A stretch of 64,000 bases of DNA, from NCBI GenBank assembly GCA_963701275.1, contig OY969582.1:2175344-2239343 (forward strand), read 5' to 3'. Shown here piece after piece: positions 10,473-21,824 of this stretch. The position numbers and the translations under genes were made by a program. Each line of letters begins with the position of its first letter. Within the stretch, counting starts at the first letter, position 1. Origin of the DNA: an uncultured Alphaproteobacteria bacterium. Lineage in GTDB: Bacteria > Pseudomonadota > Alphaproteobacteria > Rhizobiales > Beijerinckiaceae. Under the pieces are notes generated by a model. It was given only the letters and a program-made list of their open reading frames with translations. It was not told the origin of the DNA and searched no databases.

Positions 10473-11144
10473 ATGCGAAACAATCGAAGGACGCGCTGCC
10501 TCTTTCTATTTCTCTTCGGCGCTGCCGTATCGGTGATGATGATCCGCGCGGCCGAGGCCGACAAAATCAAACATCCGATCGCAGTATTCGATGGCCTCGA
10601 CAAGATCACCGGCCGGATCGTTTCCTTCGAAGTCGCCACCAATGAAACGGTGCAGTTCGGCTCGCTGCAGATCACCGAACGTGTCTGCTATACGCGGCCG
10701 CCGACCGAGGCACCTCAGACCGACACATTCGTCGAGGTCGACGAACTCGATGCAGATAATAATTCCAAGCGGATTTTCACGGGCTGGATGTTCGCCGCGA
10801 GCCCCGGCCTCCATGCAATTGAGCACCCGGTCTATGACATTTGGCTCGTGGACTGCAAAGGCGGCTCCGAAGTGATCGCCTCACCGCCGAGTACGGCGGA
10901 GGTGGAGACGCCGCCGGCCGTTGCCGCAAAGCCACAGGATGCCGGAAAAGCCGCAGCGCCGAAGTTGAAGGGCACGCCGACGACGCAGGACGCACAAGGT
11001 GCTCCGCAGCCGCGCGGGCCGATCGAGGTCGCGCCACCTCCAGGCTTTGTGCCGCCAAGCTCGCAGCGGCGAACGCCGACCCAGCAGTTCTACCCGACGA
11101 CGACGACTCCTCCCAACGTGCCGCCGCCCGGCAACGGCTTCTGA
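10473..11144 (+). CDS. DUF2155 domain exported protein
   Basis: Signal-like N-terminus, [32 protein letters not shown], Pro-rich tail. Confidence 0.9.
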   Translation: MRNNRRTRCLFLFLFGAAVSVMMIRAAEADKIKHPIAVFDGLDKITGRIVSFEVATNETVQFGSLQITERVCYTRPPTEAPQTDTFVEVDELDADNNSKRIFTGWMFAASPGLHAIEHPVYDIWLVDCKGGSEVIASPPSTAEVETPPAVAAKPQDAGKAAAPKLKGTPTTQDAQGAPQPRGPIEVAPPPGFVPPSSQRRTPTQQFYPTTTTPPNVPPPGNGF

Positions 11145-11866
11145 GCCTCCGCCTTCAGTGCGGCAGCTTCGCCTTCACGGCAGGCTGCCGGTGCACTTCG
11201 CCGGGGCAGGGCGGCGAGAACATCTCGACCCGAGATCTTTCGGTCCTTTGGCCAAATCCAGAAATCGGCCTTGAGCGCAACGGCTTCGGCGAGCATCAGC
11301 CGGTAGCGTTCCTTCGAGACTTCGATGGCGCCTAAAGTTTCGAGATGCGGTGTCACGAATTGCGTATCAAGAAGGCGGAAGCCGCCCGCGGCGAGCCGCC
11401 CGGCAAGATGAACCAAGGCGACCTTCGAGGCATCGGTTTGGCGATGGAACATGCTCTCGCCGAAGAAGGCAGCACCGAGTGCTACTCCATAGAGTCCGCC
11501 GGCAAGGGCGCCATCGCGCCACGCCTCCACCGTATGGACACGGCCCTGATCGAAAAGCTGGCCGTAAAGCCGCTTGATGCGCTGATTAATCCAGGTTTTC
11601 TCGCGCCCTGCGGCGGTGCTCGCACAGGCGTCGATGACCGCCTCAAAATCCTGATCTATGCGGATATCGAAGCGATCCGAGCGAATGATTCTTGCAAGCT
11701 TCTTCGAGATGATTATGCCGTCGAGCGGGAAAACGCCCCGCGCTTCGGGATCAATCCAGAAGAGATTCTGATCCTCGGCGCTTTCCGCCATTGGAAAGAG
11801 GCCGATCGAATAGGCCCGTAAGAGAATGTCCGGAGTGATTTCAAATTCGTCGCGAGGGCGTGACAT
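11090..11866 (-). CDS. aat: Leucyl/phenylalanyl-tRNA--protein transferase
   Basis: [43 protein letters not shown]. Confidence 0.95.
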   Translation of the reverse strand: MSRPRDEFEITPDILLRAYSIGLFPMAESAEDQNLFWIDPEARGVFPLDGIIISKKLARIIRSDRFDIRIDQDFEAVIDACASTAAGREKTWINQRIKRLYGQLFDQGRVHTVEAWRDGALAGGLYGVALGAAFFGESMFHRQTDASKVALVHLAGRLAAGGFRLLDTQFVTPHLETLGAIEVSKERYRLMLAEAVALKADFWIWPKDRKISGRDVLAALPRRSAPAACREGEAAALKAEAQKPLPGGGTLGGVVVVG

Positions 11867-12396
11867 AAATGCAAGATGGGCTCTCGCGGCGCCCCGCGTC
11901 AAGCATGCGGACCATGGCAGTCGGTGGACGGCCGCGCTGTCGCATCGCGACAGACCGGCAAAATCATCAGTGTGTGCCTGTTCCAGGACTATATGCGCGG
12001 ACTGCGTTGATGACGAAAGGCCCCTCAATCGCCCCCTTCGCCGTCCAACGCGGCCCGCGCCATGACCGCAGTCGCCCAGGGTCTGGCCGCACCCACTGAC
12101 GTCCTGCGCGCTGGCTGGCACGAGGGTGGGCTGCACAGGGGCAGACGCGCATGGCATACCAACCTGGACTTTGCTTCTCTTGCCCACAAGTCGTTTTGCA
12201 ATTTGGCATTTTCCATTGGCAAATGGGTCCCTGTTGCATTTGGATTCTTTCCTAATACTCGTGTAAGCGGTAAAACTCGCAATCGAACGTCATGCGTTGC
12301 AAATCGCTTCAAGATTTAGCGCGGGTGGCTGCCGCATTTGCAAGCGGCCACAGTGTCAGCCACGGCGGCGGCACGGGAGGGAGAGACGAGTTTCGG

Positions 12397-13842
12397 ATGT
12401 CATCTACGCGCGCCATTCTCTTGGTTGCTTTGGCAGGCACGCTTGTCAGCGGCTGCGCGAGCTATAAGCCGCAACCGATGTCGGCTGCCGAAAATGCGCG
12501 CGTGCTCGACAGCCGCAGCCTGAACAACTCGCGCCTCCAGCAATTCGTCGCGGCGGCGGTGCACCCAGATGGCCAATCTGGACTGTCGCTGACGTGGGAC
12601 CTGACGACCCTTACCGCGGCCGCGCTCTACTATCACCCTGATCTTGAGCTTGCGCACGCCAAACTGGCGGCCGCCGAGGCCGCCGCCATCACCGCGGGTG
12701 AGCGCCCCAATCCGGTCCTCAATTTCACGAATATCGTTGGTCAAGGCTTGGTTGCAGGTGCTATCCCGGCGGGTGCCGCGCCGCTCACCATCGGTCCCGC
12801 GATCGACTTCCTCGTCGAAACTTTCGGCAAACGCGAGAGCAGGACGGCAGAGGCCCAGCATCTGGTTGACGCTGCGCGCTGGGATCTGGCGACCGCCGGC
12901 TGGCAGGTTCGCGGCCATGTCCGCGCTGCACTCTTGGCTCTCTGGGCGGCACAGCAGCGGCTGACTTTGACCCGCCAACGGCTCGAACTTCAGGACCAGC
13001 TGGTTGACCTGCTCGAGCACCGGCTTGCCGTCGGCGAAGCCTCCGCGCTCGATGTCTCGCGCGAGCGTATCAACCGGGCGGAGATGACCGTTGCTCTCCA
13101 CAATCTCGACCAGACTGTCGCCGAAGCCAGGGTACAGCTCGCCACGGCAGTCGGAATTCCAGCAGAGGCGCTCGATGGCGTGAACCTTGCGTTGAGCGTC
13201 TTCGATCATCCGCCGCCTGTCGCGGCCAACATGGACTCCGGCGGCTGGCGGCGAGAGGCACTCACGCAGCGGACGGATGTGCAAGCAAGCCTTGAGGCCT
13301 ACGCGGCGACGCAGGACGGGCTGCGCCTCGCAATCGCCGGCCAATATCCGAATGTGAGCTTGAGTCCGGGATACAGCTACCAATACGGAATCAACCAATA
13401 CCAACTCAATCTGAGCACCACGCTTCCGATTTTCAATCAGAATCAGGGGCCGATCGCCGAGGCTATCGCCAAACGCCAGGAGGCGGCCGCAACGTTTACC
13501 GCCTTGCAGGCGCAAATCATTGGCGCTGTCGACCAGGCTGCAACGGCCTATCGAAAATCGACGCAAAGCCTGGCAAGCGCCGAAGCGCTACGCGCGAGCG
13601 CGCAACGTCGCGCACAGCAGGTGGAGAACTCTTTCCGCGCTGGCCAGGTCGATCGGCCAACTCTGGTCACAGCTCAAATAGAGGCCGCCGCGACGGCGCT
13701 ATCCAGTTTCGATGTCGTCGTGCAGCAGCGCCAGGCGCTCGGTAGCCTTGAGGACGCCGTGCAGCGTTCATTGTACGGACCCGATGTCGTCTCGTCGCTT
13801 CCGCAACCCACGCTTCGCGTGCCTTCGGAGACGTCGTCGTGA
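12397..13842 (+). CDS. TolC-family outer membrane efflux protein (lipoprotein)
   Basis: LVSGC lipobox, two OEP repeats, LPIFNQNQGPI. Confidence 0.9.
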   Translation: MSSTRAILLVALAGTLVSGCASYKPQPMSAAENARVLDSRSLNNSRLQQFVAAAVHPDGQSGLSLTWDLTTLTAAALYYHPDLELAHAKLAAAEAAAITAGERPNPVLNFTNIVGQGLVAGAIPAGAAPLTIGPAIDFLVETFGKRESRTAEAQHLVDAARWDLATAGWQVRGHVRAALLALWAAQQRLTLTRQRLELQDQLVDLLEHRLAVGEASALDVSRERINRAEMTVALHNLDQTVAEARVQLATAVGIPAEALDGVNLALSVFDHPPPVAANMDSGGWRREALTQRTDVQASLEAYAATQDGLRLAIAGQYPNVSLSPGYSYQYGINQYQLNLSTTLPIFNQNQGPIAEAIAKRQEAAATFTALQAQIIGAVDQAATAYRKSTQSLASAEALRASAQRRAQQVENSFRAGQVDRPTLVTAQIEAAATALSSFDVVVQQRQALGSLEDAVQRSLYGPDVVSSLPQPTLRVPSETSS

Positions 13843-14912
13843 AATCGCGGTCGCATTCCGGCAATCTGTTTCGGATCATCGCGGCGGTTCTGCTGCTGCT
13901 GGCGCTTGGTATTGGGACCAAATTGGTCTTTCAGAATTTCGTGACCCAAACCAAGGCTGACAACGACGACACTGACGTCGAAAGCGTGGCAAATCCGCCG
14001 ACGCGTGTGACGACGAAGAATGGAATGACCATTCTCACCTTGAGCGCGGCAGACCAGCAAAACGCCGGCATAGAAACGGCCCGCATTAGCCCAGCGCCTG
14101 CGCAGGACTCCCTCGTCGGCTTCGCCACTGTCCTCGATCCCGGCCCTTTGACCGATCTCAGCAATCAATATCGCGATGCCGGGGAGCAGGTGCAGACCGC
14201 GGATGCCAAGCTCGCGATGTCGCGCGCGGCGTTCGATCGCGCCAAGATCCTCAACAAGGATCAGCAAAATATTTCGACCGCGCAATTGCAGAGCGCTCAG
14301 AGCAGTTTTGAGATCGATACGACCACGCTTGCAGCAGCCAAGTCCCGCCTTAAAGCCGTGTCGGCCACTGCTCAACAGGCCTGGGGCAGCGTCTTGGGGG
14401 CAGGGCTGATCAATCATGCGCCTCTGATCACGGATTTGATCGAGCGGCGCAGCTATCTCGTCAAAGTGACCTTGCCGCCCGGCGTCAGCGTAACCACCCC
14501 TCCCGAGACGGCGAATGCCAGCCTGAATGGCGACCAGGAAATAAAGCTCACCTTCATCTCGCTGGCGACCGCCACCAATCCAAAGCTTCAAGGGATCAGC
14601 TATTTCTACAGCGCACCGGCAGAAGGCGGGCTGCTGCCGGGCCTAAACCTCGAAGTGTCTTTGGCGGCCAAAACGGCTGAACGAGGATGGATCATACCGA
14701 ACTCGGCGGTCGTTTGGCTCGAAGGAAAAGCCTGGATTTACATCCGCTCGGACGCAAAGACCTTCGTCCGGCATGAGATCGCTCCCAATCGTCCGGCGGA
14801 GAATGACGGATACATCGTTACGGGCCTGTCGCCAGATGCGGAAATCGCCGTGCACGGCGCGCAGATGCTTCTCTCTGAGGAGTTTCGCGCGCAGGTGCCG
14901 GTCGAGGATTAG
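13839..14912 (+). CDS. RND periplasmic adaptor (CzcB-like)
   Basis: N-terminal anchor, helical hairpin, IPNSAVVW and GAQMLLSEE; lies between TolC and RND genes. Confidence 0.85.
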   Translation: MKSRSHSGNLFRIIAAVLLLLALGIGTKLVFQNFVTQTKADNDDTDVESVANPPTRVTTKNGMTILTLSAADQQNAGIETARISPAPAQDSLVGFATVLDPGPLTDLSNQYRDAGEQVQTADAKLAMSRAAFDRAKILNKDQQNISTAQLQSAQSSFEIDTTTLAAAKSRLKAVSATAQQAWGSVLGAGLINHAPLITDLIERRSYLVKVTLPPGVSVTTPPETANASLNGDQEIKLTFISLATATNPKLQGISYFYSAPAEGGLLPGLNLEVSLAAKTAERGWIIPNSAVVWLEGKAWIYIRSDAKTFVRHEIAPNRPAENDGYIVTGLSPDAEIAVHGAQMLLSEEFRAQVPVED

Positions 14913-14917
14913 AGACG

Positions 14918-17900
14918 ATGCGCATCGCCGGCCTGCAGGCCTTCATCATCAGCTTTGCCCTGCGCTTCCGCGGCATCATTGTCGTGCTCTCCTGTCTGCT
15001 CGTCGCTTACGGCATCTATGTGCTCGGCCACGCAAGCTACGACGCCTTTCCGGAATTTGCGCCGCCCCAGGTCGACGTACAGACCGAAGCGCCTGGTTTC
15101 GCCGCGGAGCAGGTCGAAACCCTGGTGACCCGGCCGATCGAGGCGGCGATCAATGGCGTCCCCAATCTGCAGCGCATTACCTCGAGTTCGATCCAGGGAT
15201 TGTCCGACATCAAGGTCTATTTCGACCCTACGACGGACCTCTTCCGCGATCGCCAACTGGTCGCCGAACGGCTGACGGCGGCGGCCAGCCAGCTGCCTGC
15301 GGGCGTGCAGCCGCCCTCCATGACGCCGCTCACCTCATCGGCCGCCACAGTGTTGGTGATCGGACTGACGTCGTCGAAGCAGTCGTTGATGCAATTACGT
15401 ACGATCGCAAAATGGACGATCCGTCCGAGCCTTCTTTCGGTGCCGGGCGTGGCAGGCGCAGAGATTTTTGGGGGCGAGGAGAAGTCGACGCAAATTCTCG
15501 TCCATCCGGATCGACTGATTCGGTTCGGTCTCGGCATGGACGACGTTCTCGCGGCGGCGCGGCGCGCGACGGGGGTTCGCGGCGCCGGTTTCGTCAGTAC
15601 GCCAAACCAGCGCATCACTTTGCAGACCGACACACAGTCGGTCGGCGCCGCCGACATCGCCCGCACCGTCGTGGTACGCCAGGATGGCGGCAGCGTTACG
15701 CTGGGAGACGTGGCCGACGTTATCGAAGCGCCGGAACCTGCAATCGGCGGCGCTGCCATCATGGGGCAGCCCGGCGTCGTCATGAATATCGACGAGCAAT
15801 ACGGCGCCAACACGCTAGACGTGACCAAAGGCATCGAAGCGGCGCTTGCCGACCTTCAGCCGACGCTGCAGCAGGATGGGGTGACGCTGCACGGAGGACT
15901 TTTCCGTCCGGCGAACTTCATCACGGCGGCTACGGACAACCTGCGCTCGTCGCTCCTCGTCGGCGGCGCGCTGGTCGTGATCGTGCTCATTCTTTTCCTG
16001 TTCGACCTTCGGGCGGCGGCGATCTGCTGTTCGGCAATCCCGATCTCATTGCTCGCCGCCGTCGTCGTGTTGCAACAATATGGCGTGACGCTCAACACGA
16101 TGACGCTGGGCGGCTTGGCCATCGCGCTCGGCGAGGTGGTCGACGATGCGGTCATCGGCATCGAGAACATCACCCGTCGGTTACGTGAGAACATACAACG
16201 CAGTGAGCCGCGACCAGCCGCACGCGTCGTCTTGGAGGCCACCTACGAGGTTCGCAGCGCCGTCGTCTATGCGACCTTCGCGGTCATCCTGGTTTTCCTT
16301 CCCGTCGTGACCTTGTCGGGAGTCGCTGGCCGATTATTCGCACCGCTCGGCCTCACCTACATATTTGCGGTTCTGGCCTCGCTTGTTGTCGCCATCACCG
16401 TGACGCCGGCGATGTCGCTCCTGTTCCTGCCGCAGCATACGAAGGAGAGGGTGCCGCCGGTCATTGGCTGGACCCGGCGCCCCTACGAAGCCGTGCTGCG
16501 CGGTTTTGTGAAAGTGCCGCGACTGGCGATCGCGACAGCGGCAATCCTGACGTTCGCCGGCATCTCCCTCTTGCCGCTGTTCGGCGAGACCTTCCTTCCC
16601 GACCTCCAGGAAGGACACTTCATCGTCCATATGACGGTCATGCCCGGGACCTCGACGTCGGAGTCCCTGCGGATGGGTGCCCGCGTGACAGAGGCATTGG
16701 AAAAGCTTCCCATCGTGCATACCGTTGCGCAACGGGTGGGGCGGGCGGAGCGAGCCGCTGCCGGCGATACGCATGGAATGCATCAAAGCGAATTCGAGGT
16801 GGAGCTCAAGTCACTTGCCGGCGAAGGCGCGAGATCCGCCAAAGCGGATATCTTGAAACAATTGACGAACTTCCCGGGCGTCAACTTTTCTGCCAATACG
16901 TTCCTGACGGAGAGGGTCAACGAGACGTTTTCCGGCTACACGACGCCGGTCGCTGTGAACGTTTACGGCAACGATCTCGATGTCATCAACGACACCGCGC
17001 AGCGTATCGCCGATGTGCTGCGCAACATTCCCGGCGCCGCCTCGGTCGAGATGCAGTCGCCGCTCGGCCTGCCGCAAATCATGATCAGGCTTCGGCCGAC
17101 GGACCTGCAGCGCTGGGGACTCGACCGAGCTCGCATCCTTGACATTATACGCACTGCTTATCAGGGCGATGTCGTCGGCCAGACCTATGAAGGGGACCGC
17201 GTCTTCGATGTCGTCGTCAGGCTCTCGCAGCGGCGCCAAGGCAATATCGCCGACGTGCGGCAATTTGCCGCTCCAGGCGCCGGACGGCACTTACGTCCGC
17301 TTGAACCAAGTTGCGGATGTCAACGCTTCGTCTGGCCTTTACGAAATCCAACATCAGGGCGGCCGGCGGCTCCAGTCGGTGACCTTGGATGTCGCGGGCC
17401 GGGACCCCGCTTCCTTCGTTCAACAGGCACGCAAGGAGATCGCCGCGAAAGTCAAACTGCCGCCGGAAACCTACGTCGTCTTTTCCGGCGCGGCCGAGGG
17501 GCAGGCGCAGGCGCAGCGTGATCTTACTCTGAAGTCGATCTTTGCCGGCGTCGGGATCGTGCTTCTTCTGTCGATCGTCACGCGCAACTGGCGCAATCTT
17601 CTCGTGACCATGGCAAACCTGCCTTTCGCTCTGGTCGGCGGCGTCGTGGCGGTTTTTTTCTCGGGCGGCGTGCTTTCGCTGGGATCGCTGGTCGGCTTCG
17701 TGACGCTCTTCGGCATTACTCTGCGCAACTCGATGATGATGATCTCGCATTACGAACATCTGGTCTCGGTCGACGCTCAGCCGTGGAATTTGGACACGGC
17801 CGTGCGCGGCGCAGGCGACCGGCTTGCTGCAGTCCTGATGACCTCGCTCGTGACCGGGCTTGGTCTTTTGCCTTTGGCGATTGGCATGAATACGCCGGGC

Positions 17901-18101
17901 CGCGAAATCGAGGGCCCGATGGCGCTCGTGATCCTCGGCGGCCTTTTCACATCGACGGCGCTCAATCTGTTCATCCTGCCGCCGCTCGCTTTGCGCTACG
18001 GGAAGTTTGTCCCCGCCACGGCAGCCGATGAACTTCGTGACCCGACGGTCGCTGACTCGTCGCGTGAGGAAGAGGAACGGACGCCGTTAGCAGCCCAATG
18101 A
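14918..18101 (+). CDS. CusA/CzcA-family heavy-metal RND permease (one frameshift near 17265)
   Basis: DAFPEFAPPQV.VQTEAPG, GEVVDDAVIGIENI, GFVTLFGITLRN, LMTSLVTGLGLLPL. Confidence 0.9.
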
Positions 18102-18122
18102 TTGCGTCTAGGCAATAGGAGT

Positions 18123-18142
18123 CCCGACAGCGCTCTGTCGGG
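18123..18142. terminator. Hairpin between convergent RND gene and accC
   Basis: CCCGACAG-CGCT-CTGTCGGG. Confidence 0.4.
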
Positions 18143-18196
18143 TGCCTCCCAGCCCGCAAGCCGTGTGCTCGATTGGGCTGAAGCGTCGCGACTTCC

Positions 18197-19553
18197 TCAG
18201 GATGGGTCCATCCCGCCGTTGGCCAGAAAATGCTCCAGCCAGTGGATGTCGTAAAGGCCGTTCTGGATGTCGGGATTGCGGACCAGGGCGCGGAACAGGG
18301 GGATCGTCGTTTCGATCCCGTCGACGATAAATTCGTCGAGCGCGCGGCGCAGCCGCAGCAGAGCCTCGTTGCGCGTGCGGCCATGCACGATCAGCTTGCC
18401 GACGAGGGAGTCGTAATAGGGCGGGATCGAATAGCCGGCATAGGCGGCGCTGTCGACGCGCACGCCGAGGCCGCCCGGCGGATGATAATAGACGATCTTG
18501 CCGGGCGAGGGCCGAAACGTGTTCGGGTCTTCCGCGTTGATCCGGCATTCGATGGCGTGACCCGAGAGCACCACGTCGCTTTGGGCGATGCTCAGAGGCG
18601 AGCCGGCGGCGATCTTGATCTGTTCATTCACGAGATCGAAGCCGGTGATCATTTCGGTCACCGGATGCTCGACCTGGATGCGCGTATTCATCTCGATGAA
18701 GTAGAAGCTGCCCTCATCGTAGAGGAACTCGATCGTGCCGGCGCTCTTGTAATTCATCTCGCGCATGGCGGCGGCGCAGATCTCGCCGATTTCGAGACGC
18801 TGCGACATGTTGAGCGCGGGCGAGGGGCTTTCCTCGAACAGCTTTTGATGGCGGCGCTGCAACGAGCAATCGCGCTCGCCGAGATGGATGGCATGGCCCT
18901 GGCCGTCGCCAAGAATCTGAATTTCGATATGGCGCGGGTTATCGAGGAATTTTTCGAGATAGACGGCGTCGTCGCCGAAGGCGGCCTTGGCTTCGCTGCG
19001 CGCGGTGGCCAGAGCGCACGGAAAGGTCCTCCGCCGTGCGGGCGACCTTCATGCCGCGGCCGCCGCCGCCGGCCGCCGCTTTGACGAGGACCGGAAAGCC
19101 GATGTCCTTGGCGATCCGCAAGGCGTCGTCGGGCGTCGACCGCGCCGATCGGACCCCGGCACGCAAGGGATATCCGAGGCGTTTCGCGGTGCGCTTGGCC
19201 TCGATCTTATCGCCCATGAGGCGGATATGTTCGGCGCTCGGGCCGATGAAGTCGATCTGATGTTCGGCGAGGATTTCGGCGAAGCGCGCGTTCTCGGCCA
19301 GAAATCCATAGCCTGGATGCACGGCTTCGGCGCCGGTGATCTCGCAGGCCGAGAGCAGGGCAGGGATATTCAGATAGGATTCGCGCGCCGGCGGCGGCCC
19401 GATGCAGACGGATTCATCGGCGAGCTTGACGTGCATCGCGTCGGCATCCGCCGTCGAATGAACGGCGACAGTAGCGATGCCCAATTCCTTCGCGGCGCGC
19501 AGGATGCGCAAAGCGATTTCGCCGCGATTGGCAATGAGAATCTTGTCAAACAT
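18197..19553 (-). CDS. accC: Acetyl-CoA carboxylase, biotin carboxylase subunit (frameshifted in the assembly)
   Basis: [49 protein letters not shown]. Confidence 0.95.
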
Positions 19554-19613
19554 ATCCATCCAGTGGAGAAAAGCGCGTCGGGTCTTGCCGTACCGCAGAA
19601 CCGCCGCGCTATC

Positions 19614-20101
19614 TCATTCGATGACGATGAGGGGCTGGCCGAATTCCACTGGCTGGGCATCTTCGACCAAAATAGCGGTCACCGTTCCGGCCCGCGGCGC
19701 GACGATTTCGTTGAAGGTCTTCATGGCTTCGATCAGCATGATCTTGTCGCCGGCTTTCACTTGCGAGCCGATCGTCACGAAGGGCGGCGTCTCCGGCGAA
19801 GGCCGCAGATAGGCCGTGCCGACCATCGGCGATTTGACTGCGCCCGGATGGGTGGCAGCGAGTGGTGCAGGCCAGTCCGCGCTCGCGGGCGCTGCCCCTG
19901 GCTGCGCCGAAGGGCCGTCGTGCCTGACGCCGGGCCGACCAACAGCGCACCGCCCTGACGCGCGACGCGGATCTTCAGCTCGCCCTGCGCGACTTCGATC
20001 TCGCTGAGGTCGAGACGCGTTGCGATTTCGCCGAGCTTCTCGACGAGATGCGGATCGACCGTATTCGCCGCTGGCGCCGCAGCCGGTTTTTTTTCTGTCA
20101 T
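19614..20101 (-). CDS. accB: Acetyl-CoA carboxylase biotin carboxyl carrier protein (frameshifted)
   Basis: LSEIEV N-terminal segment and IEAMKTFNEI biotinylation motif. Confidence 0.92.
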
Positions 20102-20105
20102 TCCT

Positions 20106-20555
20106 TCAACTCTCGCCGGTCGCCGCGGCCGACAAAAGAGCCTCGAGCGCAAGGTCGTAAGAGGCCGCGCCGAACCCGACAATCACGCCATAGGCGACGG
20201 AAGATATGCGCGAACATGGCGAAATCTTTCGCGCGCATGGATATTCGACAGATGGACCTCGATGACCTGCGCGTTCGACGCCTTTGATGGCGTCGTGAAG
20301 AGCGATCGAGGTATGGCTGTAGGCGCCGGCGTTCAGGATGACCGGCTCGCCGGCGCGGCCGGCTTCCTGGATCCAGGTGACGAGATCGCCTTCATGATTG
20401 GATTGGCGGAAATGCAGCGTCACGCCGCGTGCTTTGCAGATCGCGGCCAGGCGCGCCTCGATATCGGCAAGCGTCTCGTGCCCGTAGATCTCCGGTTCGC
20501 GCGTGCCGAGAAGATTGAGATTGGGTCCGTTGAGGACGTGGACGGCCTTGATCAT
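20106..20555 (-). CDS. aroQ: Type II 3-dehydroquinate dehydratase (local frameshifts)
   Basis: LNGPNLNLLGTREPEIYG, QSNHEG, LNAGAYSHTSIALHDA. Confidence 0.93.
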   Translation of the reverse strand: MIKAVHVLNGPNLNLLGTREPEIYGHETLADIEARLAAICKARGVTLHFRQSNHEGDLVTWIQEAGRAGEPVILNAGAYSHTSIALHDAIKGVERAGHRGPSVEYPCARKISPCSRISSVAYGVIVGFGAASYDLALEALLSAAATGES

Positions 20556-20679
20556 CGGGTTTTGAAAGCGGCGGGGAAGTTTATCGAGCTTCCTTAGCCG
20601 GCTTCCTGCGGCAAAGGAAGCCTCAGCAGGACCGCGCAGCCGGATGTCCCGATGAAAGTGGCGTCCGCCCGCGAACAGG

Positions 20680-21462
20680 TCAGGAACAAACGGCCTTGCC
20701 GCATTTCCTGACGTTGTCGAGCTTGGTCTGCAACTCGTCATAGCCGACGGCGCCGACCACGACTTCATCGCCGACGACATAGGACGGCGTGCCGTTGCAG
20801 GGCAGGCGTGGCCGAGCCGATCGGATTCCTCCAGGCCCGTCCTTGGCCGACGGCGCCGTGCGCGTCCTTGGCGAGCTGGGGCATGTCGGCGCCGAGCGTT
20901 TCGGGCGACCGCGACCGCCTGCTCCTTGCCGACCAGGCCGTGCAAGCCGAGAAGCCGCTGGTGATATTCCCAGAACTTCTCGCCTTTGAACTGATTGCGC
21001 ACAGCCCGCGGCGATCGTCGCCGCATCGACTGAGGCATCCGAGAGAATCGGGAAATCGCGCAGGATGACGCGCAGATCCGGATTATCTTTTATCAGCCGG
21101 GCAATGTCCGGCAGCATTTTTTTGCAATAGCCGCAATTATAGTCGAAGAATTCGACAAGCGTGATTTTGCCATGCGGGTTGCCGACGACCGCCTCATGCG
21201 GCGAGGTGTAGAGCGGCCCTTCTGAGTTGCTGAGGATTTTGCTGCGCGCGTCGGCCTCGGCGGCCTTTTCGCGACTTTCGAGTTCGTCGATAGCGTCGCG
21301 CAGGATCTCCGGATTTTTCAGGATGTAATTCTTGATGATCGTTTCGATCTCGCTTTTTTGCGACGGGGAGAATTCTTCGGCAACCAGCGGCGTGCTGACG
21401 AGGAAAGCAGCGGCCGCGCCTGCGATGGCGAGGCTTTGCAAGAGGGCGCTGAAACGGGCCAT
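20680..21462 (-). CDS. DsbA-family thiol:disulfide oxidoreductase (local frameshifts)
   Basis: Signal peptide, EFFDYNCGYCK, GTPSYVVG. Confidence 0.9.
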   Translation of the reverse strand: MARFSALLQSLAIAGAAAAFLVSTPLVAEEFSPSQKSEIETIIKNYILKNPEILRDAIDELESREKAAEADARSKILSNSEGPLYTSPHEAVVGNPHGKITLVEFFDYNCGYCKKMLPDIARLIKDNPDLRVILRDFPILSDASVDAATIAAGCAQSVQRREVLGISPAASRLARPGRQGAGGRGRPKRSAPTCPSSPRTRTAPSAKDGPGGIRSARPRLPCNGTPSYVVGDEVVVGAVGYDELQTKLDNVRKCGKAVCS

Positions 21463-21824
21463 CCTGCTCTAACTCCTTCATAGGTTCATCGAATTTAGGG
21501 CGGCTCGATCGAAACTGGCAGGCGTGCTTGGTGCAGCGCGAACGGGTAAGGCGGCCTTTGTTACCCTCTTATCGCCTAACGGCAACTGCCTTTCAATTAC
21601 CTGTTTCGCAAGTCAAATCGAATTGATTCTGTCTCATTCCGGGCCGCGGACGGAGATTCGATGCGGCGAGGACTGCCTAAAGCTGCGGCAACTGCGCCAT
21701 TTTCGTCACGCTCAATAGCTTCTCGTCCTGGCGTGCTGCCGAAGCTCTCCGTGTTCAGCATCCGTTCATCCGAGATGACCCACGCCTAACCCTTTGCGAT
21801 ACTTTGCGGAGCGGTTTTCCGGCG

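Noticed and set aside
11090-11144. 55-bp convergent overlap of aat and DUF2155
   Set aside because: It involves low-complexity tails and is probably a stop-codon shift or an indel error.
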